A DNA stretch of 64,000 nt, taken from the NCBI GenBank assembly GCA_010015585.1, contig ML975151.1; one strand, given 5' to 3'. Position numbers and translations under genes: made by a program. Source of the stretch: Eremomyces bilateralis CBS 781.70 (taxonomy: Eukaryota). The notes beneath the pieces were generated by a model that ran no database searches, was not told the DNA's origin, and worked only from the letters and a program-made list of their open reading frames with translations. Shown here piece after piece: positions 51,201 to 61,694 of this stretch (positions are counted from its first letter, which is position 1; the number at the start of each line of letters is the position of its first letter).

Positions 51201-52329
51201 CATTCCTTCCGAGCAGCTTGCAGCCGTTAATGGCGTTCTCCATGACGAAGACTGGTGGCAGGAGCTTCGCCAAGTGCGATTACGGCGCGAGTCGGGGCAC
51301 ATCACGCCCAGCGAAGAGCTCGCGGAGATGGAAGGCCTCCTCCGCGGTGTAGGGACCAATTGGCCTGGCTCATCATTTCAACACAGCAGAGATCCATTGG
51401 TGTCGTCTGGGGTCTCTGGACTCCGAAATAGACTTCAGAAGAGACGGCGCGCGTCAATGAGCGAGATGAGCAGGCTAGGAGTGACCATGGGCATGCAGAC
51501 CCATCGACTCGACCCGAATCTTATGAATGACAGTTCCAGCGAATGCTCCACCTCCGGGTCGAGTGATGACGATGGGTTGTCCGACTCAGACGTGGCGGCG
51601 AGCGAGAATGGCATAGAAGACAGTAGAGAGTTGCCACGGATTTCTGGTTCCCGACGGAACACGGTTGGCGGGTTCGGCTCGGTGCGCTACGATACTACAG
51701 CTGCAAGGCCATCAATCCCATCTGCATCTGGATCCACTGGCCTAGGGAGGAGAGGGTCGGATATTGCTGTCCATCCATCCGCGATCAAACCCGAAGGCCC
51801 CCCTCGTCCAGCCGATCCAGAAAGTCTTATAGACACGTTTGAGTCCCCCAACACTTCGACCGTGGATGAACGAGTTGCAACGGCTGCGTCGTTCCCCAAG
51901 TCTCCTGTAGCAAGGCCAGACCCCGTACAAGCACCAGGACCCAGCATCGCGTTCATCGACCTTCCACAACCCGATCACGGGGAGCGCACAACGCAGCGAG
52001 ACGGACCTTATGGCAAGAGAGACCGGTCTAAGTCACACGGCAAAACCTCGATATATAGTCGTGACTTGGCCCTGACTATGCAATCGCTTCCCATCAGCTT
52101 TAACGATCTGCCCTGTCGAGCGCAGCATATGATCTTGAACGAGTTGATGCGGTCTCAGAGCGCGGACACGGCGGTCATATTTACCACCTTGCCCAGCCCG
52201 GTTGCAGGGACGGGGGAGAATGAGGAAGCGAGCATCACGTATTTGAGAGACTTGGAGGTGTTGTGCGAGGGATGTCCACCGGTATTGATGGTGCATAGTA
52301 ACAGTATGACGGTGACGACGAATTTATAG
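48256..52329 (+). CDS. VHC1: Cation-chloride cotransporter (SLC12 family)
   Basis: KLGTFAGVFVPTMLNVLSILMFLRFG, YYLISRSLGPEFGGSIG, GASMSGDLKHPSKAIPKGT and HVKFWRPQILLLV. In-frame intron at 49917..49967. Confidence 0.95.
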   Translation: MSEGQSGLQARRRPQAINRSHSNFATRSALDDAARLERRNSAIPETPSTQNEDEEPDLAVEDSNPQVPHLVVEDGGPAHLEDVGEGHEYAEDGDLADQGQWRSLLAALVMPFRKSKETGKAQSFMSTGPSSIVQLQRQAKTKRLPKPRVGALPRPVGGSDKLGTFAGVFVPTMLNVLSILMFLRFGFILGQTGFLGTIGMLVICYAVNLLTTMSLSAIATNGTVRGGGTYYLISRSLGPEFGGSIGIVFYLGMILNTGMNAVGLIDILKENFGTKTGNWSHWMSEGFWWQYLWGSMVLLVCTTICLAGSGLFARASNGLWIILVVATISIPISTLFVSPFEDPEAGIRYTGLSWRTFEQNLLPQFTRGAAGSEMKGKETWKDVFGILFPATGGIFAGASMSGDLKHPSKAIPKGTLHGLFFTFILYALVILSLAFTVTRDSLYANSNVIAEVNGSGTLILMGEVASSFFSALMGLIGAAKLLQALARDNLVPGLHIFGQGTQKKDEPTFAIFLSYVIAQLTMLFDLNQIASLTTMAYLLTFLVMNLACFLLKIRYVPCPAPIPFLLLTCHSSAPNFRPSFHYFNWETAALGTVASAVTMFFVDGFYASGIIGLLALVFLVIHYASNPKPWGDVSQSLIYHQVRKYLLRLREEHVKFWRPQILLLVNDPRRQYKLIQFCNSLKKGGLYILGHVIVTNDFSSAVPEAKKQQATWTKYIDFSKIKAFVNIAINPMFEWGVRNLVLSAGLGGMRPNVVVMGFINTNDFQKQLIDIPSPNPLTSASTREQERLTPPNRKASVDRFGESLPTDANRLEGAVSARSYVTILEDLLLQVRINVAIGKGFSDLELPAPKPDRWDDSLRMLKLRKEPKIQNTKQFIDLWPIQMSAEIASAGKGRKKHLTTTNFDTYTLILQLGCILHTVPSWKRAYKLRIAVFVEYESDVEEERRRVTDLLTNLRMEATVLVFWLACGSLNTYEVIVNGKTDIPSEQLAAVNGVLHDEDWWQELRQVRLRRESGHITPSEELAEMEGLLRGVGTNWPGSSFQHSRDPLVSSGVSGLRNRLQKRRRASMSEMSRLGVTMGMQTHRLDPNLMNDSSSECSTSGSSDDDGLSDSDVAASENGIEDSRELPRISGSRRNTVGGFGSVRYDTTAARPSIPSASGSTGLGRRGSDIAVHPSAIKPEGPPRPADPESLIDTFESPNTSTVDERVATAASFPKSPVARPDPVQAPGPSIAFIDLPQPDHGERTTQRDGPYGKRDRSKSHGKTSIYSRDLALTMQSLPISFNDLPCRAQHMILNELMRSQSADTAVIFTTLPSPVAGTGENEEASITYLRDLEVLCEGCPPVLMVHSNSMTVTTNL

Positions 52330-52394
52330 ACAGGGACAGAACTAACTCGGCATTTGGAACAATGGAATTCATACGCAGCAGACTTTTGGCTTGT

Positions 52395-53977
52395 TCATTC
52401 GCTCTCCTCGGAACTTTGGGTATCATCCTCCTCTATCCCTCCCCACTCCTCTTTGTCCTCAACCTCCTCGTCCGGCTTGCCAGTCATCACAAAAGCCTTG
52501 AGGCAAGTGATGCGGTGGTTGGTTTCATAGCTTTCCAGGAATGTCCCAATCTCCCGCTCTGGTTGAGACGCATCCTCGGATCCGCTTGTGCCAGGTGATT
52601 CGCTTGGCTCCGATAGGTCCGTCTTTGAAATTAAACACACCCGAATCGTTCCATCGCTGCTACCGGTAACCAGAATCAGATCCTCACTCGGTTTTCCCTG
52701 CCCGGGTACCTCGAGAATTTGGAAGTCCTTGATTCGTCCACTGATCGCCATGGAGTCCCCACCTACAACCCCGATTAGGTCGCAACTAGGGAGGTCGGAA
52801 GAAGACGTCTTCTTCTCTGCAACATGTTCTTCGGGGACCGACTTCGCTTCTCCGTTGCTAGCAGAATCCGTGGGCTCATCAGGAGACGCTGTCGAGTATA
52901 AAATAACTCGGCCGTCCTCAGTTGACACAGCAAGCACCTTTCCAAACGACTCCGGGAGATATTGGATTTGGTGGATTTTGGTGATTGGCGTGGGCAAAAT
53001 CCGTGCTTTGGGTTTACAGTCCTTTTGATTGTCAGCACTACATCTCATGGAAGGCAACTCTCGTTCATACGCACCATGCCAAAGGTAACGACGCCTCTCT
53101 CAAAGCACACCGCAAATTCTTCGCCTTCCTCATCCCAGACTAGCCTCCTACATTCCCCCCTCCCATGCTTCCCCTCGCCGGCCTGCTGCAACACTGCTCT
53201 GTCGAAGGTCAATACGCCTGCCTTCTTCCCCGTGACTAGATTCCACAATCGCATAGATTTCTCGCCCTTGCTCACAGTCAACATGAGCTTATTGCTCGGA
53301 TGCACTGCGAAGTCGTTCACTCCTGCGGGCACCTCGCCCGGTCCTGCCGTATCACCACTGGGGCGCCCGACGATCTTCGGAACCGGGACTTTAATCGTCG
53401 ATAGGACCGTCCAATCCCTCGTTCGCGTCACCGCGACCGTGCTGTCTTCGCCAGCCGATAGCAGCTTGGAGCGCGTCGGGAAATGAAGGGCGGTAATGCT
53501 CGAGGCGTGATGGAGGAGGCTGCCGACTTCGCGATTCTTCGGGTTCTCGGACAGGGTGGCGCCATTGATCGACGGGAGCTGGGGCTTGAGGGTCGACGGA
53601 GGGGCGTTGGAGAGCTGGTAGATGTTGATGCGCTCGTCGGTGCTGCCAGTGGCTAGCAGGCGCTTCTGCGTCTGGTTCTCGGAGGGGGGAGGGGCTGGTG
53701 ATAGAGCGAGACAGCGGAGGGCGGAGGAGTGGGCGTGGAACAGGAAGCTGTCTGAGAAGAAGACTTTCGTGGTTTCGGAGTCTCCATCGGTCGGAGTCTC
53801 ATCCTCAATCTGAGACGCCAGGGGAATTTGTGCAACCACTCCGTGCAGAACTCGATTGTATGAACCAGTGATGATCTGAATGGATGTAAATCCTCCAGTG
53901 CTCAAGACGGAGCGGGCAACCTTTGCATTTGGAGCCTTCGTTGCGGCATCCCCAACTTCACGCTTTCTTTTCGGCAT
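52395..53977 (-). CDS. MAK11: WD40 60S biogenesis factor Mak11/PAK1IP1
   Basis: IQIITGSYNRVLHG, FLFHAHSS, LATGSTDERINIY, VNDFAVHPS...MRLWNLVTGKKA and RITCL. Intron 53022..53074. Confidence 0.92.
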
Positions 53978-54083
53978 GATTTGGTATTCAAGTATCCTAA
54001 ATAGATGTTTTGAAGGATTGATACCTGTATGATACCGGGTCGAGCAAAAACAATCGAGAATTTGGATCGATCGGTGGAGGAGG

Positions 54084-54093
54084 TGAAATTTTC
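54084..54093. promoter_or_regulatory. RRPE-like element upstream of MAK11
   Basis: TGAAATTTTC about 110 nt upstream of the MAK11 ATG. RRPE elements are typical of ribosome-biogenesis genes. Confidence 0.45.
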
Positions 54094-54327
54094 GACAGGG
54101 ATCATGGATGTAATAACTGACAGGGGTATATCATCGTTCCTGCCCTGTGCGTGCTCACTGCTGCCTGTTCAGCGGTTCTCTGATCCGGATCCGCCGGCCT
54201 CCGAGTTCTAATATTGGTATTTCCATCCAAACTTAGTAGCTGATTCAGATCACGAAAGCGAACGCTGCCGCGTTCATTGCATCGCTAGTATAAATGCTAT
54301 AATCTCTCAAAGGAATGTTGTGCAGCC

Positions 54328-56771
54328 ATGCCCTCAGAATCCACCAATGCTTCGCCCATTGGAGGAACTTTGCAGCGAGCTGTAAGCATTGCCACAATCT
54401 ATTCCCCCAGCCAACTCCTAACCATGACGCAGTGCGATAATTGCAAAAACCGAAAGGTCTGTTCGATTCGGGCCTCCTGAGCGACGTGAATTATTCCTGA
54501 TATCCTTTCTGGTCAGGTCCGCTGTGATAAGGCGTTGCCATGCTCGAACTGCAAAGCGTCAGGCACCGAATGTCGAACGACGGTCGAGCAAAGAGAACCG
54601 CGACAGCGGATTCTCATATCCGCTCACTAGTAAATACCGTCCCTTGGCCGATTCTAACGTTTGATCCTGATTATGTGTGCAGTGAGAAAAAGATCGACTC
54701 CCTGGAAGAGAAGCTAAACCGCATCGAGGGGCTCCTTCAATCACTCGTTGATTCATCAAGTACCCGGAAGTCAAATAAGTCGCAAGCGGGAACGGGATAC
54801 TTGACTCCAACACAGTCGAGCTCAAACCTGACCCCAAATGCCCAACCGTCTCCTGAAAAGCCCGTCGAATACGGTGGACAGCTCTCCGTCAACGCGAACT
54901 CAATAATCGCGCAGAATTTCCTCAAAGATGCAGTTGCAAGCAGTCCCTACACCTCCCAGAATCCGGAGATGACTGCGGCACTTTACAATCTCCAGCAAAT
55001 CGTTGAACGACAGAGACAGCCCCAAATCCGACCGTTTCTCGGCAAAATCGCCAACGTTGGCATCAGTCGCGAGGAGCTTCCTCCTATTGACCTCGTCTTA
55101 GAAATTCTCAGAAGACTCCAAAGTATGATAATCGGGCAATGCTTAGAGGCATATACTGACCTTAGGAACAATAGGGACCCTCAGTTTCGCTTTTTTGTGC
55201 TGCTTCCCTCACATGTCAATTCCCGTGTTCGTCGAAAAATGCAAGGCGGTGTACTTCGACCCGTTCATGGTCGATGTAGCAACATCTGTCATTGTTCACG
55301 GAGGTCTAGCGTATCTTTGCAAAGAGCAAGCATGGATGACCAATGACCCAATAGAGAAGGAAACATTTGAGAAGTGTATTACGCAATTTCGCGCCAATTT
55401 CCAAAAGAGCCTGAATGAGATGCCGTTGAATATGCCCGCCACTGGAGAATATATTGACGCATTGCTTATCGCAGTAAGTCATCCGTTTTAAATACTTGCG
55501 GAACGGCTCCGATAACCATCTACAGAGTTCGGATTCTATGGAAAACGGACGGGTTAACCAAACCTGGACGTATAACTCTGCCGCTGTTCGACTATGCATG
55601 ATGCTGGGCTACCACCGTGCTTCCACCATGACGGACGACTCAATCGAGGTGCGAGCCACGAAACATATCGCCTTTTGGTCGGCCTACATCACGGACAAAT
55701 CGTTATCACTTCGCCTCGGGCGACCTCCTGCTATTCAGGACTTTGACGTAGATATTACCCCTCCAGTTCGGTTCGGCATCCCTGAGAAGGACATTTGGAT
55801 AGATAAGATCGGCTTTTGGGTAAAGATGTCAAATATAGAAGGGCGCGTCTATGAAGAATTGTACAGCCCTCGAGCTTTGAAACAAAGCACCGACAGGCGG
55901 ATAGGTACCGCTGTCCAACTTGCGCAAGATCTTGAGCAAGTAGGACTCGAGGCCACTACCGTAAGCGCTATCTGGATGGCCCTGCCATCTCGATTTGCCT
56001 GTTACTTACTGCTTTACAGATAGAAAAGTCCAGCAGCGAGGGACCGGACTTTATCAAACTCTTGCTATCGTCGACGGTGGTCTCCAGACATATAGTAAGA
56101 ACTCTCATCTTTTATGCTATTCCAGGAGACAGCCGGGGGTTCGTCAATAAGGAATGTCTGGAGTCAGCGCGAAGCACACTTGCTTCTCATAATGCGATCT
56201 CCGAGAAACACAAACATGAAGACGTGTGGTCGACTTACCTCAACTTGTAAGCGAATCAATTTTGTACACTCTCATACGGACTACTAACTTCGGCAGTGCA
56301 ATTATCAATGCGCCATTGACGCCGTTCATCGTTGTTTTCTGCCACAGCATAGCCTTCTCGGATGAGCACGACTTGGCATTGCTCCATGGCTTCGTCAATT
56401 CCTTCGGTTCTGCCGTGCAGAAAACCGAAGTCTGCGCCAAACTCCACAAGCTCTGTTCCGTCCTTCACCACGTCGCGAAAACGTACGTGGAGGCAAAGAA
56501 GGCAGGGAGCGGGGCTCTGGTGCAGCAGCAAATGAGTGGTGGTGTAGGCGCAGAGCAGACCAACAACCAATGGGGAATCGATCAGTTCGACCGCTATTTG
56601 AACGCGCTAGAACTAACGCCAGGCTTCATCGGCAATGCGACATGGCCCAATGGTCCCGTCACAGGACCAGACCAGCGGATGAGCATGACTAGCAATCCCG
56701 AGAACCAGGTGATCATGAATCTGTTGGAGGATGATTTGTCTTACCTTGACATGGATACATACTTCGGGTAG
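54328..56771 (+). CDS. Zn(II)2Cys6 transcription factor with a Fungal_trans domain, about 8 exons
   Basis: The spliced cluster reads RA|CDNCKNRK|VRCDKALPCSNCKASGTEC. Later comes LGYHR...FWSAYITDKSLSLRLGRPPAIQDFD. Confidence 0.92.
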
Positions 56772-57413
56772 AAGGAAGACACGTTGATCTGGAGTTGGGG
56801 AAAGGAAATACGGATAGACTATGAGGGAGATTACATGACTGTTTATACTTACATATCTCTTGGGGCGTGGACCTTAAGGGGCGTTGCTAGTGGAATAATC
56901 TGTCTTGACTCTATATCATGCTGGTGGCATTGAAGCCTAACTGAATTCTATAAACACCGCGAACAAGATGCTCTCGGTCGTTTCTCATATTCAGGACGAA
57001 GTGCCATTTCGAGTCTGGACATGAGGTCGGAGATGTCGGAGTTCGGCTTTCTCCGACTCCGACTCCACTCCACCCGCGTTTTGCACACTGCCGCATTTAA
57101 ATGTTTTGCATTCCAGCAAACATCGCCAACGATACAAACAGCTTGTCAGTAATTTACTGACAAGTGACAATGCGAGTTGTTTGCCAGGCGCTCTCAACCC
57201 CTGAACTTTTCGTAAGTACTCCTTACATCCATCTATTTCTCTTGCTAGACTTCTGAAGTAGTCCTGAACTGTCTCGCATAAACCAGCTTGGGGACGCTGA
57301 CTAGAAATTGTAGGGGTTGACAGTTCTCAATGCGCGCTCACTTGCGTCATTCGGTGCTGTGCCTCCGTCCTTGAATCATTTAAATCAGGCCTCTCGAGCA
57401 GGTTTTGGGCAAA

Positions 57414-59192
57414 ATGACTAGCTGTACCCCAGAGACAACCGGCCCAAATCCAACAGCACCTTACTATGACCTTCCTAATGGTTTCCAAGGCCCTTACTCT
57501 TGTGGTGATGAAGCCTATGGTCTACCACCGCATGCCGACCAAACTAATACCCATTTGTATGGTAACGATGCCGCTTTCGTAGAACAGAACCAAGGTGATG
57601 CAGATCGTGCGCTCAACAGCAATATCGCTGGACTACTGAAGGTCATGGAATCTGTGGGCGGTCAAGAGAATGACATGGGGGAGCAAGGGGGGGCTAATCG
57701 TAAGAGCGCCGGCGGCCATCGCGATACAGCAGGCGAAAAGCAAGGTGTACCGCTTGAAACCGCTCAGGCTGGGGTGAAGCGTAAAAGAGCAACAGGACTA
57801 TCTGAAGCAGCAGAAGGGACTGCGGAAGCGCCCAGCGCGACGCGAGGGAGTGCAGGGCGTCGAAAGAGGCAGAAGAGCAGCTCGACTGAAGTCGACGAGA
57901 GGTTGGGACACGCAGACGACGGAGCTACTACTGCGTACCCAGCATCCGTGTTAGCAGAAGCCCGTGTTGTTGGAGTACATAGTGCTGCGGCTTTGTTCCG
58001 GGGAACCAGCGTATCGACGAAGAAATACACCCGTCCGCCTATGTCCAAACTGTACAGCTCACTACGGCTAACACCAGACAATTTCCTTCACCTCCAAGCT
58101 GCTGCGAAGCAGTACATGCTTGACACTGCGCATCCGGAGCGGCAAGACTGTGTTGGCCAACGAGGGAAAGGCGACACTGATATTGTCCGGCTACGACTTT
58201 TCAACTGCGTCCGCGAGTTTCTCAACGAGGGGTCCGGTGACAAATTCTTTGGCCCGAACGCGTGCACGGAAGACCAGGCTGGGGACGGCGTCGGCTTTGG
58301 GGTCAACGATAACGACAATAGGAAGTGGATTTGGCCGCACGACGGTAACAAGATCATTTCCCTTATTACCCCCCTCCTTCGTCGCATGGTCACGAACGAG
58401 CGCCAACGACAGTACGCTCTGGTAGCACGCAAGTCAGGGAATGCAAAAGCTGCAAGATCCAAAGAAGATATTGTCGATCCACAGCCTTCCATTGACGAAA
58501 CACCTGCCAAGGAGCCATCAACTGCTGTGTCACTGGTAAGGAGATGTCCTATGCGCTGTAAAATGCACCTCTGCTAACCGGCTACGAAGAGCCTCGATCC
58601 GAACCTGCGAAACTCTCCCCAGATGGCGCAACCATATTCCAGCGTCCCGATCCAGACATATGCGTCCTTTGGCCCGCCTCCAGCCACGCTTCGTCTCATA
58701 TTTCTAGACGAGGAAGAATTCATCCTAGGAGGAACCACGATTACCCTCTCGAACCATCCTTGCATCACTGGAATATCCTTCAACACAGTACTCGCAGAGG
58801 TCCATCAGAGCCTCGGCCGGTTCGCTCCCGATCAGACGCTCCCTCATACGACCTCAACGGCGACGATGAATGGCGGGTCGAACGGGAATCACCCCCCATC
58901 TTCCCCGGCGAACACAGAAGCGCAACGTTTGGCGAGTGCTGCCCTCGCCGATGGCTCATTCATAACCAGTGATTCACGACACGATGGGGCAGCAGAAAAT
59001 GCTACATCAACACGAACTCAAGCTAGACGCGAGATTGTTAAGATTTGCGCTCACACAGTCTCGGGGCTGGTCCATCTTCACGATGAAGCGGGTTGGAATG
59101 CGATCCAAGAGGAGACTTTGCAGACTATGTGGCTACTAGATTCTCTTAAACTTATTGTTGAAACTACTCTGATTGACACCCTTCAAAGCTGA
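57414..59192 (+). CDS. Hypothetical fungal protein with an NLS-like region and an ordered helical core
   Basis: Two long ORFs joined in frame by intron 58536..58589. KRKR and RRKRQK precede the core KKYTRPPMSKLY...FLHLQAAAKQYMLD...LLRRMVTNERQRQYA. Probable 5'UTR intron at about 57212..57313. Confidence 0.82.
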
Positions 59193-59528
59193 GAGTCCAC
59201 CAGTGGAAATGAGAGGTGGGTGGTTTCCGGGTCTACTTAGAGACGAAGTTGTAAGAGAGCCATCCGAGCTGCTGTTGTTTGGAAGAGACACATTCCGAGT
59301 TGACTATTGAGGTCATACGCATATTATGTAGCACAGAAGGATCATTGTTCACTGGCATAATTATGAAACCTACACGATATTTAAACCTTTCCCGGCGAGT
59401 AAATGTTGAAGATCTGGAGATGCTGGGGCTAATCTAAGATGAAACCTCTATAGAATTAACGCTCGCCTAATAGATATGATGATCCAGTCTGCCTCTGGCA
59501 CCTCTTAGTCCACTATTATAGTCTTAGA

Positions 59529-60526
59529 CTAGGAGAACCATGGCTCATGGTCCTTAACGAAGTCCTCCCATGTGGTCAACTTCTCTTGTACCTGACGAAT
59601 GGTCCACTCGACGCCCTGCTCCCCCTCTGCACCGTAATAGCTTAGATTACCAGATCCAAGGTCTTCAGAAAGTCCCTCCTCTTGTGCTTCTGTCGATTTC
59701 TTTGCATGGTCAGCGCCTTCAAAAACGACCTCCGTGTTTGTACACTCGGTCCAGACCCGACAGATTCTGGCAAGAGTATAAAAGGCCGTGGCAGCAAAAA
59801 GACGTGTGTGATTGTATCTAGGAGGATCCTGAAGGGCTGGAGCCAGGTATTTTCCAATATCTTCGATATCGATCAGAGGCACACGTGTCGAGGCCGTAGC
59901 GGACGGGATGATCGGATCGAGGACGTATTTCTCGTCGGTGATCTTACGAGGTTTTGTGACCGACTGGAAATTCTGCATGAACCATCCGGGCATGAAGAAG
60001 ACGCTCGTGAGGGGGAGGGTCCGAATATACCGTTCGACTTCGGCCTTGCTGTCGAAATGGGGAATCCCGATAGGTGGAAGGGACGACCAGATGAAGAACT
60101 CGACCTTTTCCTCAACGGCGGCGTCTGCGAGAGCTTTACCTTGCGCTACTTCAACGGCTGCCTGGGCGGTTTCCCAATCTGAATACCAATTAGTATGCAA
60201 AGAATAAGATTCGAGCCGGGACATCCAGTTTGTCACTGCGAACACTGCATATGATCCTCTCACGGCAACTCTTAAAGTGTCCGGTTTGTCCAGGTTGGCC
60301 TGGAGCCGGCGTTAGCCAGATGGCGCCGATCCTGAGGCTTTACGGCACATACCTCGACGATGTCGACGCCCCGCTTACGAAGCTCAACCGCCGCGGGTTT
60401 GGAAGCATCTCTCGTGACGCCTCGTAGCCGATATATAGCGGAAAATGCGGGGTTTCGCAGTAAGTACCGGACTAAAGCACCGCCTTGCTGCCCAGTCACA
60501 CCGAAAATGGTGAAAGTCTTGCTCAT
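59529..60526 (-). CDS. NmrA-like (HSCARG-type) atypical SDR
   Basis: IFGVTGQQGG, RGVTRD, EVAQGKALADAA and PHFDSKAEVERYI. Intron 60300..60352. Confidence 0.93.
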
Positions 60527-60649
60527 TCTGGTCGAGGTCGGGAAAAGAGAAGCTTCTTAGCAGGTACGAGATTAAGAACAGAATTGAGGTAGACTACTGC
60601 GCCGTTAGGCCAATATATATATTTCCCTATATATAGGCCTCCTAGTACC

Positions 60650-60739
60650 GGACAAATACTGGAGACCGGACGAATACTGGAGACTGGACGAATACTGGAG
60701 ACTGGACGAATACTGGAGACTGGACGAATACTAGAGGCT
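60650..60739. repeat. 18-bp tandem repeat, 5 copies (GGACGAATACTGGAGACT)
   Basis: Three identical copies and two variant copies, directly adjacent with no spacers. Confidence 0.95.
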
Positions 60740-60928
60740 GTCACAGTGCGTACAAGGGGAACCGTTTAGAACACGGCTATAGTATTCTAGTTACTCCGTA
60801 TAGTAGTATCGGACCAAACAAAAGATAAGAAAGAAGAAAAGAAAGAAGATAAAGAGGAGAGGAACTACTCCTACATATTGCTCGACTCCCTTGTGTAGCC
60901 TCGCGTGTGCGTCTACGGCAACACAACA
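60739..60928 (-). mobile_element. Candidate solo LTR (about 190 bp)
   Basis: Bounded by TGT...ACA. On the minus strand an AT-rich box is followed by a long pyrimidine tract. TpA-rich. No target-site duplication found. Confidence 0.4.
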
Positions 60929-61694
60929 TACCAACTTCACCTATCGTTAGGCCATATGGCCACTAATCTCTTCTGTAAGGTATCAATCCGAAAGGTGTGC
61001 AGTCTGACGACTCGTTATGGATATTTTGGTTAGTACAGTTGATTTCTTTTGGGGTAGCCGACATGGGGGGTGTGGCCAATAGGGGGCCAGCTGACGTGCC
61101 AGGTTGGCTCATGCCGTCATGCGGGCTCATGCCTCATGCGTGATGCGGACATGCGGCACTCTGATCCTGGCATTGCTGAGTATGCTATAAAAAGCCCAGT
61201 AATTAACGGTTAGTCGGAATTTAATGACAGCACCTCCTGAGAAGTCGGCTGCGAACCCTCAGGAAACTGCGACTGAACAGCAAGTTTCTGCAGTACCTGA
61301 GTCTAGATCGATTGACATCTATGCATACTTGATCGATCCACTGCATGAGAGTCGAGAGAGTTTCCCAGGTCGAGTTTATGGCAGACCAGGCCAGGCTAAT
61401 AATTATTCGCTAATTCGAATCGAGGGTTCAAAACCTTGATTTGTGCTACTGGGTACATGCTTTATCTGAGCATGTCCTCTCCGGGTTCAGTCCATGCGTA
61501 TCAAGAGAGTACAACTACGAGAAGGACTGTCATGAATCCAGACTGCCGAAGGTTTCTTTTTCGTCATTTAGGTAAGATCCCCTTTACTGTCGTTGCCTTG
61601 ATTTTTTATTGGGATTGGAGGCGGATGCGGATGAGAATGACTGCCTATTGTATTCATATTGCCTCTATTCTTGCTACAATCCTGTTCAACGGAA

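Noticed and set aside
60650..60739. CRISPR-like array
   Set aside because: The units are contiguous with no unique spacers, the context is eukaryotic and there are no cas genes.
61365..61440. tRNA suggested by GGTTCAAAACC
   Set aside because: No acceptor stem, D arm or anticodon arm can be built.
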